A stretch of DNA of 64,000 nt from the human T2T-CHM13v2.0 reference genome, Homo sapiens. Below are positions 31,301 to 46,206 of this stretch, in pieces. Position 1 is the first letter of the stretch. The number at the start of each line of letters is the position of its first letter. Under the pieces are notes generated by a model. It made no database searches. It worked only from the letters and a program-made list of their open reading frames with translations, and had not been told where the DNA came from. The translations under genes were made by a program, and so were the position numbers. The stretch is taken from NCBI RefSeq assembly GCF_009914755.1, contig NC_060940.1; one strand, written 5' to 3'.

Positions 31301-34300
31301 ACTCCATTCGACGATGATTCCATTCGATGTTATTCGATGATTCCATTCGATCTCATTCGATGATGATTCCATTCAACTCCATTCGATGTTTCCATTCGAG
31401 TTCATTCTATTATTCCATTAGATTCCATTCGATGATGATTCCATTCGATTCCATTTGATGATTGCATTCTATTTCATTTGATGATGATTCCATTCGAGTC
31501 CACTCGATGATTCCATTCGAGTCCATTTAATGAATCCATTGGTTTCAATTCTATGATGATTACATTGGATTCCATTCGTTGATGATTTCATTCGGTTCCA
31601 TTCAATGATGATTCCATTCAATTCCTTTCAATGTTTCCATTCAATTCCATACGATGATGATTCCATTTGATTTGATTCGACAGTGAGCCATTCGATTCAA
31701 TTCCATGATGATTCTATTTGATTCAATTGGTTGACATTTCCATTCGATTCCATTCGATGATGATTCCCTTTGATTCCGTTCAAAGATGATTCCATTCTAG
31801 CCCATTCAATCATTCCATTCGATTCTATTCAATGATGATTCCATTCATGTCGATTTGGTGATTCCATTTGACTTCATTTGATGATGATTCCTTTCAAGTT
31901 CATTAGATGATTCCATTCGATTCCATTTGATGATGATCCCATTCGAGTCCATTCAGTGATTCCATTCGTTTCCATTCCATGATGATTCCATTCCTTTCCA
32001 TTCAATGATTCCATTCGATTCCGTTTGATGATGATTTCATTCGAGTCCATTTGATGATTCCATTTGATTCCATTCGATGATGATTCCATTCGAGTCCATT
32101 CGATGATTCTATTCGAATCCATTTGATGATTTCTTTTGATTATATTTGGTGATGATTCCATTGGAGTCCATTCAATGATTCCATTCTATTCCAATCGATG
32201 ATGATTCCATTAGAGTCCATTTAATGATTCCATTTGATTCCAGTCTCTGATGATTACATTGGAGTCCATACGATGATTCCACTCAATTCCATATGATGAT
32301 GATTCCATTTGATTCCATTCGGTGATTCCATTCTATTCTATTCAATGGTGATTCCATTCGAGTACATTAGATGATTCCATTCGTTTCCATTCAATGATGA
32401 TTCTATTTGTGTCCCTTAGATGATTCCACATGATTCCATTAGATGATGATACTATTTGAGCCCATCCAATGATTCCCTTCGATTCCATTCGATGAGGATT
32501 CCATTTGATTCAATTCATTGGTGATTCTATTCAATTCAATTCTTTGATTCCATTCCATTCCATTCGACAATGATTCCATTCGATTTCTTTCGATGATTCC
32601 ACTCGATTCCACTTGACATTGATTCCATTCGATTCCATTCATTGATTCCATTTGATTCCAGTGGGTGATGATTGCCATCGATTCCATTCGATCACTCCAT
32701 TCTATTCCATTTGATGATGATTACATTCGATTCCATTTGATGATTCCATCTGATTCTATTCGAGGATTCCATTTGATTCCATTCGATGATGATTCCATTC
32801 GAGTCCATTCGATGATTTCATTCGAGTACATCCAATGATTCCATTCGAGTCCATTAGATGATTCCATTTGATTCCATTTGAAAATGATTCTACTAGAGTC
32901 CATTCAATGACTCCATTCGAGTCCATTCAACAATTCCATTCGACTCCATTCGATGATTCCATTCGATTCCATTTGATGGTTCCATTCGAGTCCATTTAAT
33001 CATTACAGTCGAGTCCATTTGGTGATTCCACTGGATTTCTTTTGATAATGATACCATTCAATTGCATTTGATGATGATCCCATTCAATTTCATTTGATGA
33101 TGATTCCATTAGAGTCCATTCGATGATTTCATTCGAGTCCCTTCATTGATTCCATCCGATTTCATTGGATGATGACTCCATTCGAGTCCATTCGATGATT
33201 CCACTCGATTCCATTAGATGACTCCATTGGAGTCCATTTGATTGTTCCATTCGATTCCATTCGATTCCTTTCGAAGATTATTCCATTTGAGTCCATTCGA
33301 TGATGATTCCATTCCATTCCATTCGATGATTCCGTTTGATTCCATTCGATGATTCCCTTCGATTCCTTTCTTTGATGATTCCATTCCATTCCATTCAATG
33401 ATTCCATTCGAATCTATTCCATGATGATTCCTTTCGATTCCATTCGCTGATGTTTCCGTTCAATTCCATTCGATGATGATTCCATTCGATTCCATTCATT
33501 GAGGATTCCATTTGATTCCATTCAATGATGATTCCATTCTATTCCATTCAATGATTGCATTCAATTCCATTCAATGATTATCCCATTAGAGTAAACTCAA
33601 CGATTCCATTCAATACCATTCGATGATGATTCCTTTTGAGTCCATTCAATGATTTCATTCAAGTCCATTTGATGATTCCTTTCAATTCCATTCTATGATG
33701 ATTCCATTCGAGTCCATTCGATGATTCCATTCGATTGCATTCGATGATTCCATTATATTCCATTCAACGGTGATTCCATTCGAGTCCATTCCATGATTCC
33801 ATTAGAGTACATTTAATGATTGCTTTGTTTTCAATTCGAAGATGATTACATTGGATTCCATTCTATGATACCATTCGATTCCATTCAATGATGATTCCAC
33901 TCAAATCCATTGGATGATTCCATTCGTGTCCATTCGGTGATTTCATTAGATTCCATTCGAGGATGATTCCATTCGATTCCATTCGATGATTCCATTCAAT
34001 TCCATTCGATGATGATTCCATTCCAGTCCATATGATCATTCCATTTGATTTCATTCGATGATGATTCCATTCGATTCCTTTCGACGATTCCATTCTATTC
34101 CATTCGATGATGATTCCATTCGAGTCCATTCGATGATTCCATTCGAGTCCATTTAATGATTCCATTGGGTTCAATTCAATGATGATTACATTGGATTCCG
34201 TTCTCTGATTCCATTCAATTCCGTTCATTGACAATTTGATTCCATTCGATGATGATTCCATTTGAGTTCATTCGATGATTCTATTCGATTCTCTTCGATG

Positions 34301-37300
34301 GTGATTCAATTCTATTATATTGGATGATTCCATTCGATTCCATTTGATGTTGATTCAATTCGATTCTATTCGATGATGATTCCATTGGATTTCACTTGAT
34401 GATTCTATTCGATTCCATTCAATGATGATTCACTTCTCGTCCATTGGATGATTCCATTTCATTCCATTCGATGATGATTCCATTCGATTCCATTCGATGA
34501 TTCCATTTGATTCCATGCGACGGTGAGCAATTCGATTCAATTCCATGATGATTCTATTTGATTCAATTAGATGATGTTTCCATTCGAATCCATTCCATGA
34601 TTATTCCATTGGAATCCATTTGGCGATGATTCCATATGAGTCAATTCAATGATGATTCCATATGGGTCCGTTCGATGATAATTCCATTTGATTTCATTCG
34701 ATGCTTCTATTCTATTCCAGTCGATGATGATTCCGTTGGAGTCCATACGATGATTCCATTTGATTTCATTTGATGATGATTCCATTCGATGATGATTGCA
34801 TTGGATTCCATTCTATGATTCCATTCAATTCCATTCGTTGATGATTCGATTCCATTCAATGATGATTCCATTTGAGTTCATTCGATGATTCTATTCGATT
34901 CCGTTCGATGGTGATTCAATTCTATTATATTGGATGATTCCACTCGATTCCATTTGATGATTATTCCATTGGAGTCCACTTAGTGAATCCTTTAGATTCT
35001 ACTCGACGATGATTCCATTCGAGTCCATTCGATGATACCATTCAATTCCATTCGTTGATGCTTCCATTCAAGTGCATTCGATGATATCATTCGATTCCAT
35101 TTGATGATAATTCCATTTGATTCCATGCGATGATTCTATTCGATTCCATTCAATGATAATTCCATTCAATTCAGTGATTCCTCTGGACTCCATTTGATGA
35201 TGATTCCATTCAATGATTCCATTCGATTCTATTCGAAAATGATTCCATTTGAATCCATTTGATGATGATTCCATTAGATTCCATTTGATGATTCCATTCG
35301 ATTCCATTCGACGATGATTCCATTCGATTCCGTTTGATGATTCCATTCTATTCTATTCGATGATGATTCCATTCGATTCCATTCGATGATGATTGGATTC
35401 GATTCCATTGGATGATTTCATTTGATTCCATTCGTTAATGATTTCGATCAATTCCATTCGATGATTCCATTCGATTCCATTCGATAATGATTACATCCGA
35501 GTCCATTCGATGATTCCCTTTGAGCCTGTTCGATAATTCCATTTGAGTCCAACCAATGATTCCATTCATTTCCATTCAATGATTCCATTCGAGTCCATTT
35601 GATCATTCCGGTAGGGTCCATTCGATGTTGATTCCATTGGAGTGCATTCGATGATTCCATTCGAGTCCATTTTAGGATTTGATTCGAGTCCTTTCGATGA
35701 TTCCATTCGATTCCACTCGATGATGATTTCATTCGAGTCCATTCGACACTTCCAATCGATTCCATTTGATGATTCCATTCGAGTCCAATTGATGATTCCA
35801 TTCAATTCCATTCGATGATGATTCCGTACGATTCCATTCTGTGATGATTCCATGTGATTGTATTCAATGATGATTCCTTTCGATTGCATTCGATTATGAT
35901 TCATTTCGTGTTCATTCTATGGTTCCACAGGTTTCCATTCGTGTCCATTCCATTATTCCATTCTATTCCATTTGATGATGATTCCATTCGATTCCATTCA
36001 TTGGTGATTCCACTCAATTCCATTCAATGATTCCATTCCATTTCTTTCAACAATGATTCCATTAGTTTCTAATCGATGATCCACTTGATTCCATTTGACG
36101 ACGATTCGATTCTTGTCCATTCGATGATTCCATTTGATTCCATATGATGATGATTCCATTCGATTCCATACCATGATGATTCCATTCGAGTCCATTCAAT
36201 GGTGATTCCATTCAATTCCATTCGATGATTCCTTTTGATTCCATTCGATGATGATGGCATTCGATTCCTTTCAATCATTCCCTTTGATTCCATTCAAAGG
36301 TGATTTCATTCAAGTCCATTCGATAATTGCATTCGATTCCATTCTATGATGATTCCATTCGAGTCCATTTGATGATTCCATTCAATTCAAGTCAATGATG
36401 ATTCCATTCGATTCCATTCGATGATTCCATTGGATTCCATTCGATGATGATTCCATTCAAATCCATTCGATAATTCAATTCAAGTCCATTCGATGATGAT
36501 TCCAATCGAATCCATTCAAAGATTCCATTCAGTTCCATTCGATGATTCCCTTAGATTCCATTCGATGATTCCACTTGATTGCATTTACGATGATTCCATT
36601 CGATTCCATGTGATGATTCCATTCAATTCTATTCAATGATGTCTCCATTTGATTCCATTCGACCATGATTGCCTTTGATTCCATTCAATGATTCCATTCG
36701 GTTCCGTTTGATGATGATTCCGTTCGATTCCATTTGATGATTCCATTTGATTCCATTGGATGAGTCCATTCGATTACATTCGATGATTATTCCATTCGAG
36801 TGCATTAGATGATTCCATTCGAGTCCATTCGATGATTCCATTCGATTCCATTCGATGTTGATTCTGTTCAAATCCATTCGATGATTCCACTCGATTCCAT
36901 TCGTTGACTCCATTTGATCCCATTCGATGATTTCCTTTGATTCCCTTTGATGATCATTCCATTTGATTCAATTCGGTGATTTCATTTGATTCCATTCAGT
37001 GATGTTTCCATTCGACTCCATTCGATGATGATTCCATTCGACTCCATTCGATTATGATTTCATTCAATTCCATTCGATAATGATTCCCTTCGAGTCCATT
37101 CGATGATTCCATTCGATTCCATTCAACGATGATTTGATTCGTGTCCATTCGATGATTCCATTTGATTCCACTTGATGATGATTCCATTCGAGTCCATTTG
37201 ATGATTCCATTCAATTCCATACTCCGATGATTTCTTTTGAGCCCACTCAATGCTTCCACTCGATTCCATATGATGATGACTCCATTCGATGAAATTCGAT

Positions 37301-40300
37301 GATGATTCCATTCGCTTGCTTTCGATGATGATTCCACTTGAGTCCGTTAGAAGATTCTATTCAATTACATTCCAGGACGATTCCGTTCGAGTCCATTTGA
37401 TGATTCCATTAGACTCCATTCGACGATGATTCCATTCGATGTTATTCGATGATTCCATTCGATCTCATTCGATGATGATTCCATTCAACTCCATTCGATG
37501 TTTCCATTCGAGTTCATTCTATTATTCCATTAGATTCCATTCGATGATGATTCCATTCGATTCCATTTGATGATTGCATTCTATTTCATTTGATGATGAT
37601 TCCATTCGAGTCCACTCGATGATTCCATTCGAGTCCATTTAATGAATCCATTGGTTTCAATTCTATGATGATTACATTGGATTCCATTCGTTGATGATTT
37701 CATTCGGTTCCATTCAATGATGATTCCATTCAATTCCTTTCAATGTTTCCATTCAATTCCATACGATGATGATTCCATTTGATTTGATTCGACAGTGAGC
37801 CATTCGATTCAATTCCATGATGATTCTATTTGATTCAATTGGTTGACATTTCCATTCGATTCCATTCGATGATGATTCCCTTTGATTCCGTTCAAAGATG
37901 ATTCCATTCTAGCCCATTCAATCATTCCATTCGATTCTATTCAATGATGATTCCATTCATGTCGATTTGGTGATTCCATTTGACTTCATTTGATGATGAT
38001 TCCTTTCAAGTTCATTAGATGATTCCATTCGATTCCATTTGATGATGATCCCATTCGAGTCCATTCAGTGATTCCATTCGTTTCCATTCCATGATGATTC
38101 CATTCCTTTCCATTCAATGATTCCATTCGATTCCGTTTGATGATGATTTCATTCGAGTCCATTTGATGATTCCATTTGATTCCATTCGATGATGATTCCA
38201 TTCGAGTCCATTCGATGATTCTATTCGAATCCATTTGATGATTTCTTTTGATTATATTTGGTGATGATTCCATTGGAGTCCATTCAATGATTCCATTCTA
38301 TTCCAATCGATGATGATTCCATTAGAGTCCATTTAATGATTCCATTTGATTCCAGTCTCTGATGATTACATTCGAGTCCATACGATGATTCCACTCAATT
38401 CCATATGATGATGATTCCATTTGATTCCATTCGGTGATTCCATTCTATTCTATTCAATGGTGATTCCATTCGAGTACATTAGATGATTCCATTCGATTCC
38501 ATTCAATGATGATTCTATTTGTGTCCCTTAGATGATTCCACATGATTCCATTACATGATGATACTATTTGAGCCCATCCAATGATTCCCTTCGATTCCAT
38601 TCGATGAGGATTCCATTCGATTCAATTCATTGGTGATTCTATTCAATTCAATTCTTTGATTCCATTCCATTCCATTCGACAATGATTCCATTCGATTTCT
38701 TTCGATGATTTCACTCGATTCCACTTGACATTGATTCCATTCGATTCCATTCAATGATTCCATTTGATTCCAGTGGATGATGATTGCCATCGATTCCATT
38801 CGATCACTCCATTCTATTCCATTTGATGATGATTACATTCGATTCCATTTGATGATTCCATCTGATTCTATTCGAGGATTCCATTTGATTCCATTCGATG
38901 ATGATTCCATTCGAGTCCATTCGATGATTTCATTCGAGTACATCCAATGATTCCATTCGAGTCCATTAGATGATTCCATTTGATTCCATTTGAAAATGAT
39001 TCTACTAGAGTCCATTCAATGACTCCATTCGAGTCCATTCAACAATTCCATTCGACTCCATTCGATGATTCCATTCGATTCCATTTGATGGTTCCATTCG
39101 AGTCCATTTAATCATTACAGTCGAGTCCATTTGGTGATTCCACTGGATTTCTTTTGATAATGATACCATTCAATTACATTTGACGATGATCCCATTCAAC
39201 TTCATTTGATGATGATTCCATTAGAGTCCATTCGATGATTTCATTCGAGTCCCTTCATTGATTCCATCCGATTTCATTGGATGATGACTCCATTCGAGTC
39301 CATTCGATGATTCCACTCGATTCCATTAGATGACTCCATTGGAGTCCATTTGATTGTTCCATTCGATTCCATTCGATTCCTTTCGAAGATTATTCCATTT
39401 GAGTCCATTCGATGATGATTCCATTCCATTCCATTCGATGATTCCGTTTGATTCCATTCGATGATTCCCTTCGATTCCTTTCTTTGATGATTCCATTCCA
39501 TTCCATTCAATGATTCCATTCGAATCTATTCCATGATGATTCCTTTCGATTCCATTCGCTGATGTTTCCGTTCAATTCCATTCGATGATGATTCCATTCG
39601 ATTCCATTCATTGAGGATTCCATTTGATTCCATTCAATGATGATTCCATTCTATTCCATTCAATGATTGCATTCAATTCCATTCAATGATTATCCCATTG
39701 GAGTAAACTCAACGATTCCATTCAATACCATTCGATGATGATTCCTTTTGAGTCCATTCAATGATTTCATTCAAGTCCATTTGATGATTCCTTTCAATTC
39801 CATTCTATGATGATTCCATTCGAGTCCATTCGATGATTCCATTCGATTGCATTCGATGATTCCATTATATTCCATTCAACGGTGATTCCATTCGAGTCCA
39901 TTCCATGATTCCATTAGAGTACATTTAATGATTGCTTTGTTTTCAATTCGAAGATGATTACATTGGATTCCATTCTATGATACCATTCGATTCCATTCAA
40001 TGATGATTCCACTCAAATCCATTGGATGATTCCATTCGTGTCCATTCGGTGATTTCATTAGATTCCATTCGAGGATGATTCCATTCAATTCCATTCGATG
40101 ATGATTCCATTCCAGTCCATATGATCATTCCATTTGATTTCATTCGATGATGATTCCATTCGATTCCATTCGATGATTCCATTCTATTCCATTCGATGAT
40201 GATTCCATTCGAGTCCATTCGATGATTCCATTCGAGTCCATTTAATGATTCCATTGGGTTCAATTCAATGATGATTACATTGGATTCCGTTCTATGATTC

Positions 40301-42102
40301 CATTCAATTCCATTCATTGACAATTTGATTCCATTCGATGATGATTCCATTTGAGTTCATTCGATGATTCTATTCGATTCTCTTCGATGGTGATTCAATT
40401 CTATTATATTGGATGATTCCATTCGATTCCATTTGATGTTGATTCAATTCGATTCTATTCGATGATGATTCCATTGGATTTCACTTGATGATTCTATTCG
40501 ATTCCATTCAATGATGATTCACTTCTCGTCCATTGGATGATTCCATTTCATTCCATTCGATGATGATTCCATTCGATTCCATTCGATGATTCCATTTGAT
40601 TCCATGCGACGGTGAGCAATTCGATTCAATTCCATGATGATTCTATTTGATTCAATTAGATGATGTTTCCATTCGAATCCATTCCATGATTATTCCATTG
40701 GAATCCATTCGGCGATGATTCCATATGAGTCAATTCAATGATGATTCCATATGGGTCCGTTCGATGATAATTCCATTTGATTTCATTCGATGCTTCTATT
40801 CAATTCCAGTCGATGATGATTCCGTTGGAGTCCATACGATGATTCCATTTGATTTCATTTGATGATGATTCCATTCGATGATGATTACATTGGATTCCAT
40901 TCTATGATTCCATTCAATTCCATTCGTTGATGATTCGATTCCATTCAATGATGATTCCATTTGAGTTCATTCGATGATTCTATTCGATTCCGTTCGATGG
41001 TGATTCAATTCTCTTATATTGGATGATTCCACTCGATTCCATTTGATGATTATTCCATTGGAGTCCACTTAGTGAATCCTTTAGATTCTACTCGAAGATG
41101 ATTCCATTCGAGTCCATTCAATGATACCATTCAATTTCATTCGTTGATGCTTCCATTCAAGTGCATTCGATGATATCATTCGATTCCATTTGATGATAAT
41201 TCCATTTGATTCCATGCGATGATTCTATTCGATTCCATTCAATGATAATTCCATTCAATTCAGTGATTCCTCTGGACTCCATTTGATGATGATTCCATTC
41301 AATGATTCCATTCGATTCTATTCCAAAATGATTCCATTTGAATCCATTTGATGATGATTCCATTAGATTCCATTTGATGATTCCATTCGATTCCATTTGA
41401 CGATGATTCCATTCGATTCCATTTGATGATTCCATTCTATTCTATTCGATGATGATTCCATTCGATTCCATTTGATGATGATTGGATTCGATTCCATTTG
41501 ATGATTTCATTTGATTCCATTCGTTAATGATTTCGATGAACTCCATTCGATGATTCCATTTGATTCCATTCGATAATGATTACATCCGAGTCCATTCGAT
41601 GATTCCATTTGAGCCCGTTCGATAATTCCATTTGAGTCCAATCAATGATTCCATTCATTTCCATTCAATGATTCCATTCGAGTCCATTTGATCATCCTGG
41701 TAGGGTCCGCTCGATGTTGATTCCATTGGAGTGCATTCGATGATTCCATTCGAGTCCATTTTATGATTTGATTCGAGTCCTTTCGATGATTCCATTCGAT
41801 TCCACTCGATGATGATTTCATTCGAGTCCATTCGACACTTCCAATCGATTCCATTTGATGTTTCCATTCGAGTCCAATTGATGATTCCATTCAATTCCAT
41901 TCGATGATGATTCCGTACGATTCCATTCTGTGATGATTCCATGTGATTGCATTCAATGATGATTCCTTTCGACTGCATTCGATTATGATTCATTTCGTGT
42001 TCATTCTATGGTTCCACAGGTTTCCATTCGATGACGTTTCCGTTCGTGTCCATTCCATTATTCCATTCTATTTCATTTGATGATGATTCCATTCGATTCC
42101 AT

Positions 42103-45100
42103 TCATTGGTGATTCCACTCAATTCCATTCAATGATTCCATTCCATTTCTTTCAACAATGATTCCATTAGTTTCTATTCGATGATCCACTTGATTCCATT
42201 TGGCGATGATTCCATTCGTGTCCATTCGATGATTCCATTTGATTCCATATGATGATGATTCCATTCGATTCCATACCATGATGATTCCATTCGAGTCCAT
42301 TCAATGGTGATTCCATTCAATTCCATTCGATGATTCCTTCCGATTCCATTCGATGATGATGGCATTCGATTCCTTTCAATCATTCCCTTTGATTCCATTC
42401 AAAGGTGATTTCATTCAAGTCCATTCGATAATTGCATTCGATTCCATTCTATGATGATTCCATTCGAGTCCATTTGATGATTCCATTCAATTCAAGTCAA
42501 TGATGATTCCATTCGATTCCACTCGATGATTCCATTGGATTCCATTCGATGATGATTCCATTCAAATCCATTCGATAATTCAATTCAAGTCCATTCGATG
42601 ATGATTCCAATCGAATCCATTCAAAGATTCCATTCAATTCCATTCGATGATGATTCCCTTAGATTCCATTCGATGATTCCACTTGATTCCATTTACGATG
42701 ATTCCATTCGATTCCATGTGATGAATCCATTCAATTCTATTCAATGATGTTTCCATTTGATTCCATTGGACCATGATTGCCTTTGATTCCATTCAATGAT
42801 TCCATTCGGTTCCATTTGATGATGATTCCTTTCGATTCCATTTCATTATTCCATTTGATTCCATTGGATGAGTCCATTCGATTACATTCGATGATTATTC
42901 CATTCGAGTGCATTAGATGATTGCATTCGAGTCCATTCGATGATTCCATTCGATTCCATTCGATGTTGATTCTGTTCAAATCCATTCGATGATTCCACTC
43001 GATTCCATTCGATGACTCCATTTGATCCCATTCGATGATTTCCTGTGATTCCCTTTGATGATCATTCTATTTGATTCAATTCGGTGATTTCATTTCATTC
43101 CATTCAGTGATGTTTCCATTCGACTGTATTCGATGATGATTCCATTCGACTCCATTCGATTATGATTTCATTCAATTCCATTCAATAATGATTCCCTTCG
43201 AGTCCATTCGATGATTCCATTCGATTCCATTCAACGATGATTTGATTCGTTTCCATTCGATGATTCCATTTGATTCCACTTGATGATGATTCCATTCGAG
43301 TCTATTTATGTATTATATTCGTGTCCACTTCATGATTCCATTCAATTCCATTTAATGTTGATTCCATTTGATTCCATTTGATGATTCAGTTCGATTCCTT
43401 GCAATGATTCCCTACGATTCCTTTCTCTGATGATTCCATTCGATTCCATTCATTGATGATTTCATTCGACTCCATTCGATGATGATTCCTTTCGATTCCA
43501 TTTGACGATGTTTCCATTCGAGTCCATTCGATGATGATTCTATTCAATTCTGTTCTATTATGATTCCATTCGATTTCATTCAATGCTTCTATTTGATTCC
43601 ATTCGATGATGATTCCATCTCTTTCCCTTCGATGATTCCATTTGATTCCATTCAGTGATGATTCCATTTGATTCCATCTGATGATGATTTCACTTGATTC
43701 CTTTCAATGATGATTCAATTCAAGTCCATTCGATGATTCCATTGGAGTCCAAACGATCATTCCGTTCGATTCCATTCAATGGTGATTCCATTCATGTCCA
43801 TTCGATGAATCCATTCAATTCCATTCGATGATGACTCCATTCGAGTACATTCGATGATTCCATTTGATTCCATTTGAAGATGATTCCATTCAATTCCATT
43901 CGAAGATGATTCCATTCAATTCCATTCGATGATGATTCCGTATGAATCCATTCTCTGATTATTCCATTCGATTCCATTCATTGACGATTCCATTCAATTC
44001 CATTCAATGATGATTCTCTTCTATTCCATTCGATGATTCCGGTCGATTCCATTCGATGATGATTCCATTAGATTCCATTCGATTGTTGCATTCGATTCCC
44101 TTCGATGATGATTCCTTTGAATTCCATTCGATTATCATTCCGTATGAATCCATTTGATGATTATTCCATTGGATTCCTTTCGATGATGATTCCATTCGAT
44201 TCCATTTGATGATGTTTCTCTTGTATTCCATTGGATAATTCCTTTCAGTTCCCTTCGATGATTATTCTTTCGAGTCAATTCGATGATTCTATTCCATTCC
44301 CTTCGATGATGATTCCATTTCACTCCATTTGATGATTCCATTCGACTCAATTTGGTGATGATTCAATTCGATGACATTCGATGACTCCATTCAATTTCAT
44401 TTGATGATGATTACATTCGAGTCCATTTGATGATTGTATTCCTTTCCTTTTGATGATTATTCCATTCGTGTCTATTCAAAGGTTCCATTCTATTCCATTC
44501 AATGATGATTGCATTTGATTCCATTCAATGATTATGGCTATCGATTCCACTCGTTGATTCCATTTGATTCCGTTCGATGATTATTCCGTTAGATTCCATT
44601 AGAAGATTCCATTCGATTTTATTCAATGATTCCAATGGATTCCATTCAATGATGATTCCATTCGACACCATTCAGTGATTCCATTCGAGTCCATTTGATG
44701 ATTCCATTCTTTTCCATTTGATGATGATTCCATTAGGGTCCATTCAATGACTCCATTCGAGTCCATTCGTTAATGCCTTTCGAGTCCTTTTGATCACTAC
44801 ATTCGAGTCCATTCAATGATTCTATTCGATTCCATTCCATGATGATTCCATTCGAGTTCATTCGATGATTGCATTCGAGTCCATTTGATGATTCCATATG
44901 ATTCCCTTCGACAATGATTCCATTCGTGTCCATTTGATGATTCCATTCATTTCCTATCGATGAAGATTCCATTCAAGTGTATTCGATGATTCCATTCAAA
45001 TCCATTCGATGATGATTCCATTCCAGTCCATTCGATCATTCCACTTGATTCCATTTGATGACTATTCCATTCAAATCCATTTGATGATTCCATTCGATTC

Positions 45101-46206
45101 CATTCGATGTTACCATTCGAGTATATACGATGATTCCACTCGATTCCATTTGATGATTATTCCATTGGAGTCCACTTAGTGAATCCTTTAGATTCTACTC
45201 GAAGATGATTCCATTCGAGTCCATTCGATGATACCATTCAATTCCATTCGTTGATGCTTCCATTCAAGTGCATTCGATGATATCATTCGATTCCATTTGA
45301 TGATAATTCCATTTGATTCCATGCGATGATTCTATTCGATTCCATTCAATGATAATTCCATTCAATTCAGTGATTCCTCTGGACTCCATTTGATGATGAT
45401 TCCACTCAATGATTCCATTCGATTCTATTCCAAAATGATTCCATTTGAATCCATTTGATGATGATTCCATTGGATTCCATTTGATGATTCCATTCGATTC
45501 CATTCGATGATGATTCCATTCGATTCCTTTTGATGATTCCATTCTATTGTATTCGATGATGATTCCATTCGATTCCATTCGATGATGATTGGATTCGATT
45601 CCATTTGATGATTTCATTTGATTCCATTCGATAATGATTTCGATCAATTCCATTCGATGATTCCATTCGATTCCATTCGATAATGATTACATCCGAGTCC
45701 ATTCGATGATTCCATTTGAGCCCGTTCGATAATTCCATTTGAGTCCAATCAATGATTCCATTCATTTCCATTCAATGATTCCATTCGAGTCCATTTGATC
45801 ATTCCGGTAGGGTCCGTTCGATGTTGATTCCATTGGAGTGCATTCGATGATTCCATTCGAGTCCATTTTAGGATTTGATTCGAGTCCTTTCGATGATTCC
45901 ATTCGATTCCACTCGATGATTTCATTCGAGTCCATTCGACACTTCCAATCGATTCCATTTGATGTTTCCATTCGATTCCAATTGATGATTCCATTCAATT
46001 CCATTCGATGATGATTCCGTACGATTCCATTCTGTGATGATTCCATGTGATTGCATTCAATGATGATTCCTTTCGATTGCATTCGATTATGATTCATTTC
46101 GTGTTCATTCTATGGTTCCACAGGTTTCCATTCGATGATGTTTCCATTCGTGTCCATTCCATTATTCCATTCTATTCCATTTGAAGATGATTCCATTCGA
46201 TTCCAT
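42103..46206 (+). repeat. ~4.1-kb variant unit containing the alternative 1.83-kb segment (copy 1)
   Basis: Equivalent landmarks at 42174 and 46278 are 4,104 bp apart. About 3.85 kb of the canonical unit is replaced by ~1.83 kb of different HSat2 sequence. Confidence 0.88.
43303..45128 (+). repeat. Alternative HSat2 segment not present in the 6,112-bp unit (copy 1)
   Basis: It begins at GAGTCTATTTATGTATTATATTCGTGTCC and carries private words (CCTTGCAATG, CCGGTCGATT, TTATGGCTATCG, GAGTATATACG). It rejoins the canonical unit at unit position ~4373 (GATGATTCCACTCG...CACTTAGTGAATCC). Confidence 0.88.

Larger units (their letters stand above)
1..40070 (+). repeat. Homogeneous tandem array of a 6,112-bp unit (~6.5 copies), HSat2B-like, probably chr16q11.2
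   Basis: Landmarks recur at exactly 6,112 bp: CGTACG at 5265/11377/17489/23601/29713/35825, and the same pseudo-ORF at 324/6436/12548/18660/24772/30884/36996. The copies appear to differ only by scattered substitutions. The ~6.1-kb period is the one described for the chr16 HSat2B array; the chromosome assignment is less certain than the period. Confidence 0.93.

Noticed and set aside
43303-45128. Transposon (Alu/L1/ERV) insertion as the source of the alternative segment
   Set aside because: The segment is itself HSat2-type sequence, with no poly(A) tail, target-site duplication or TE sequence.
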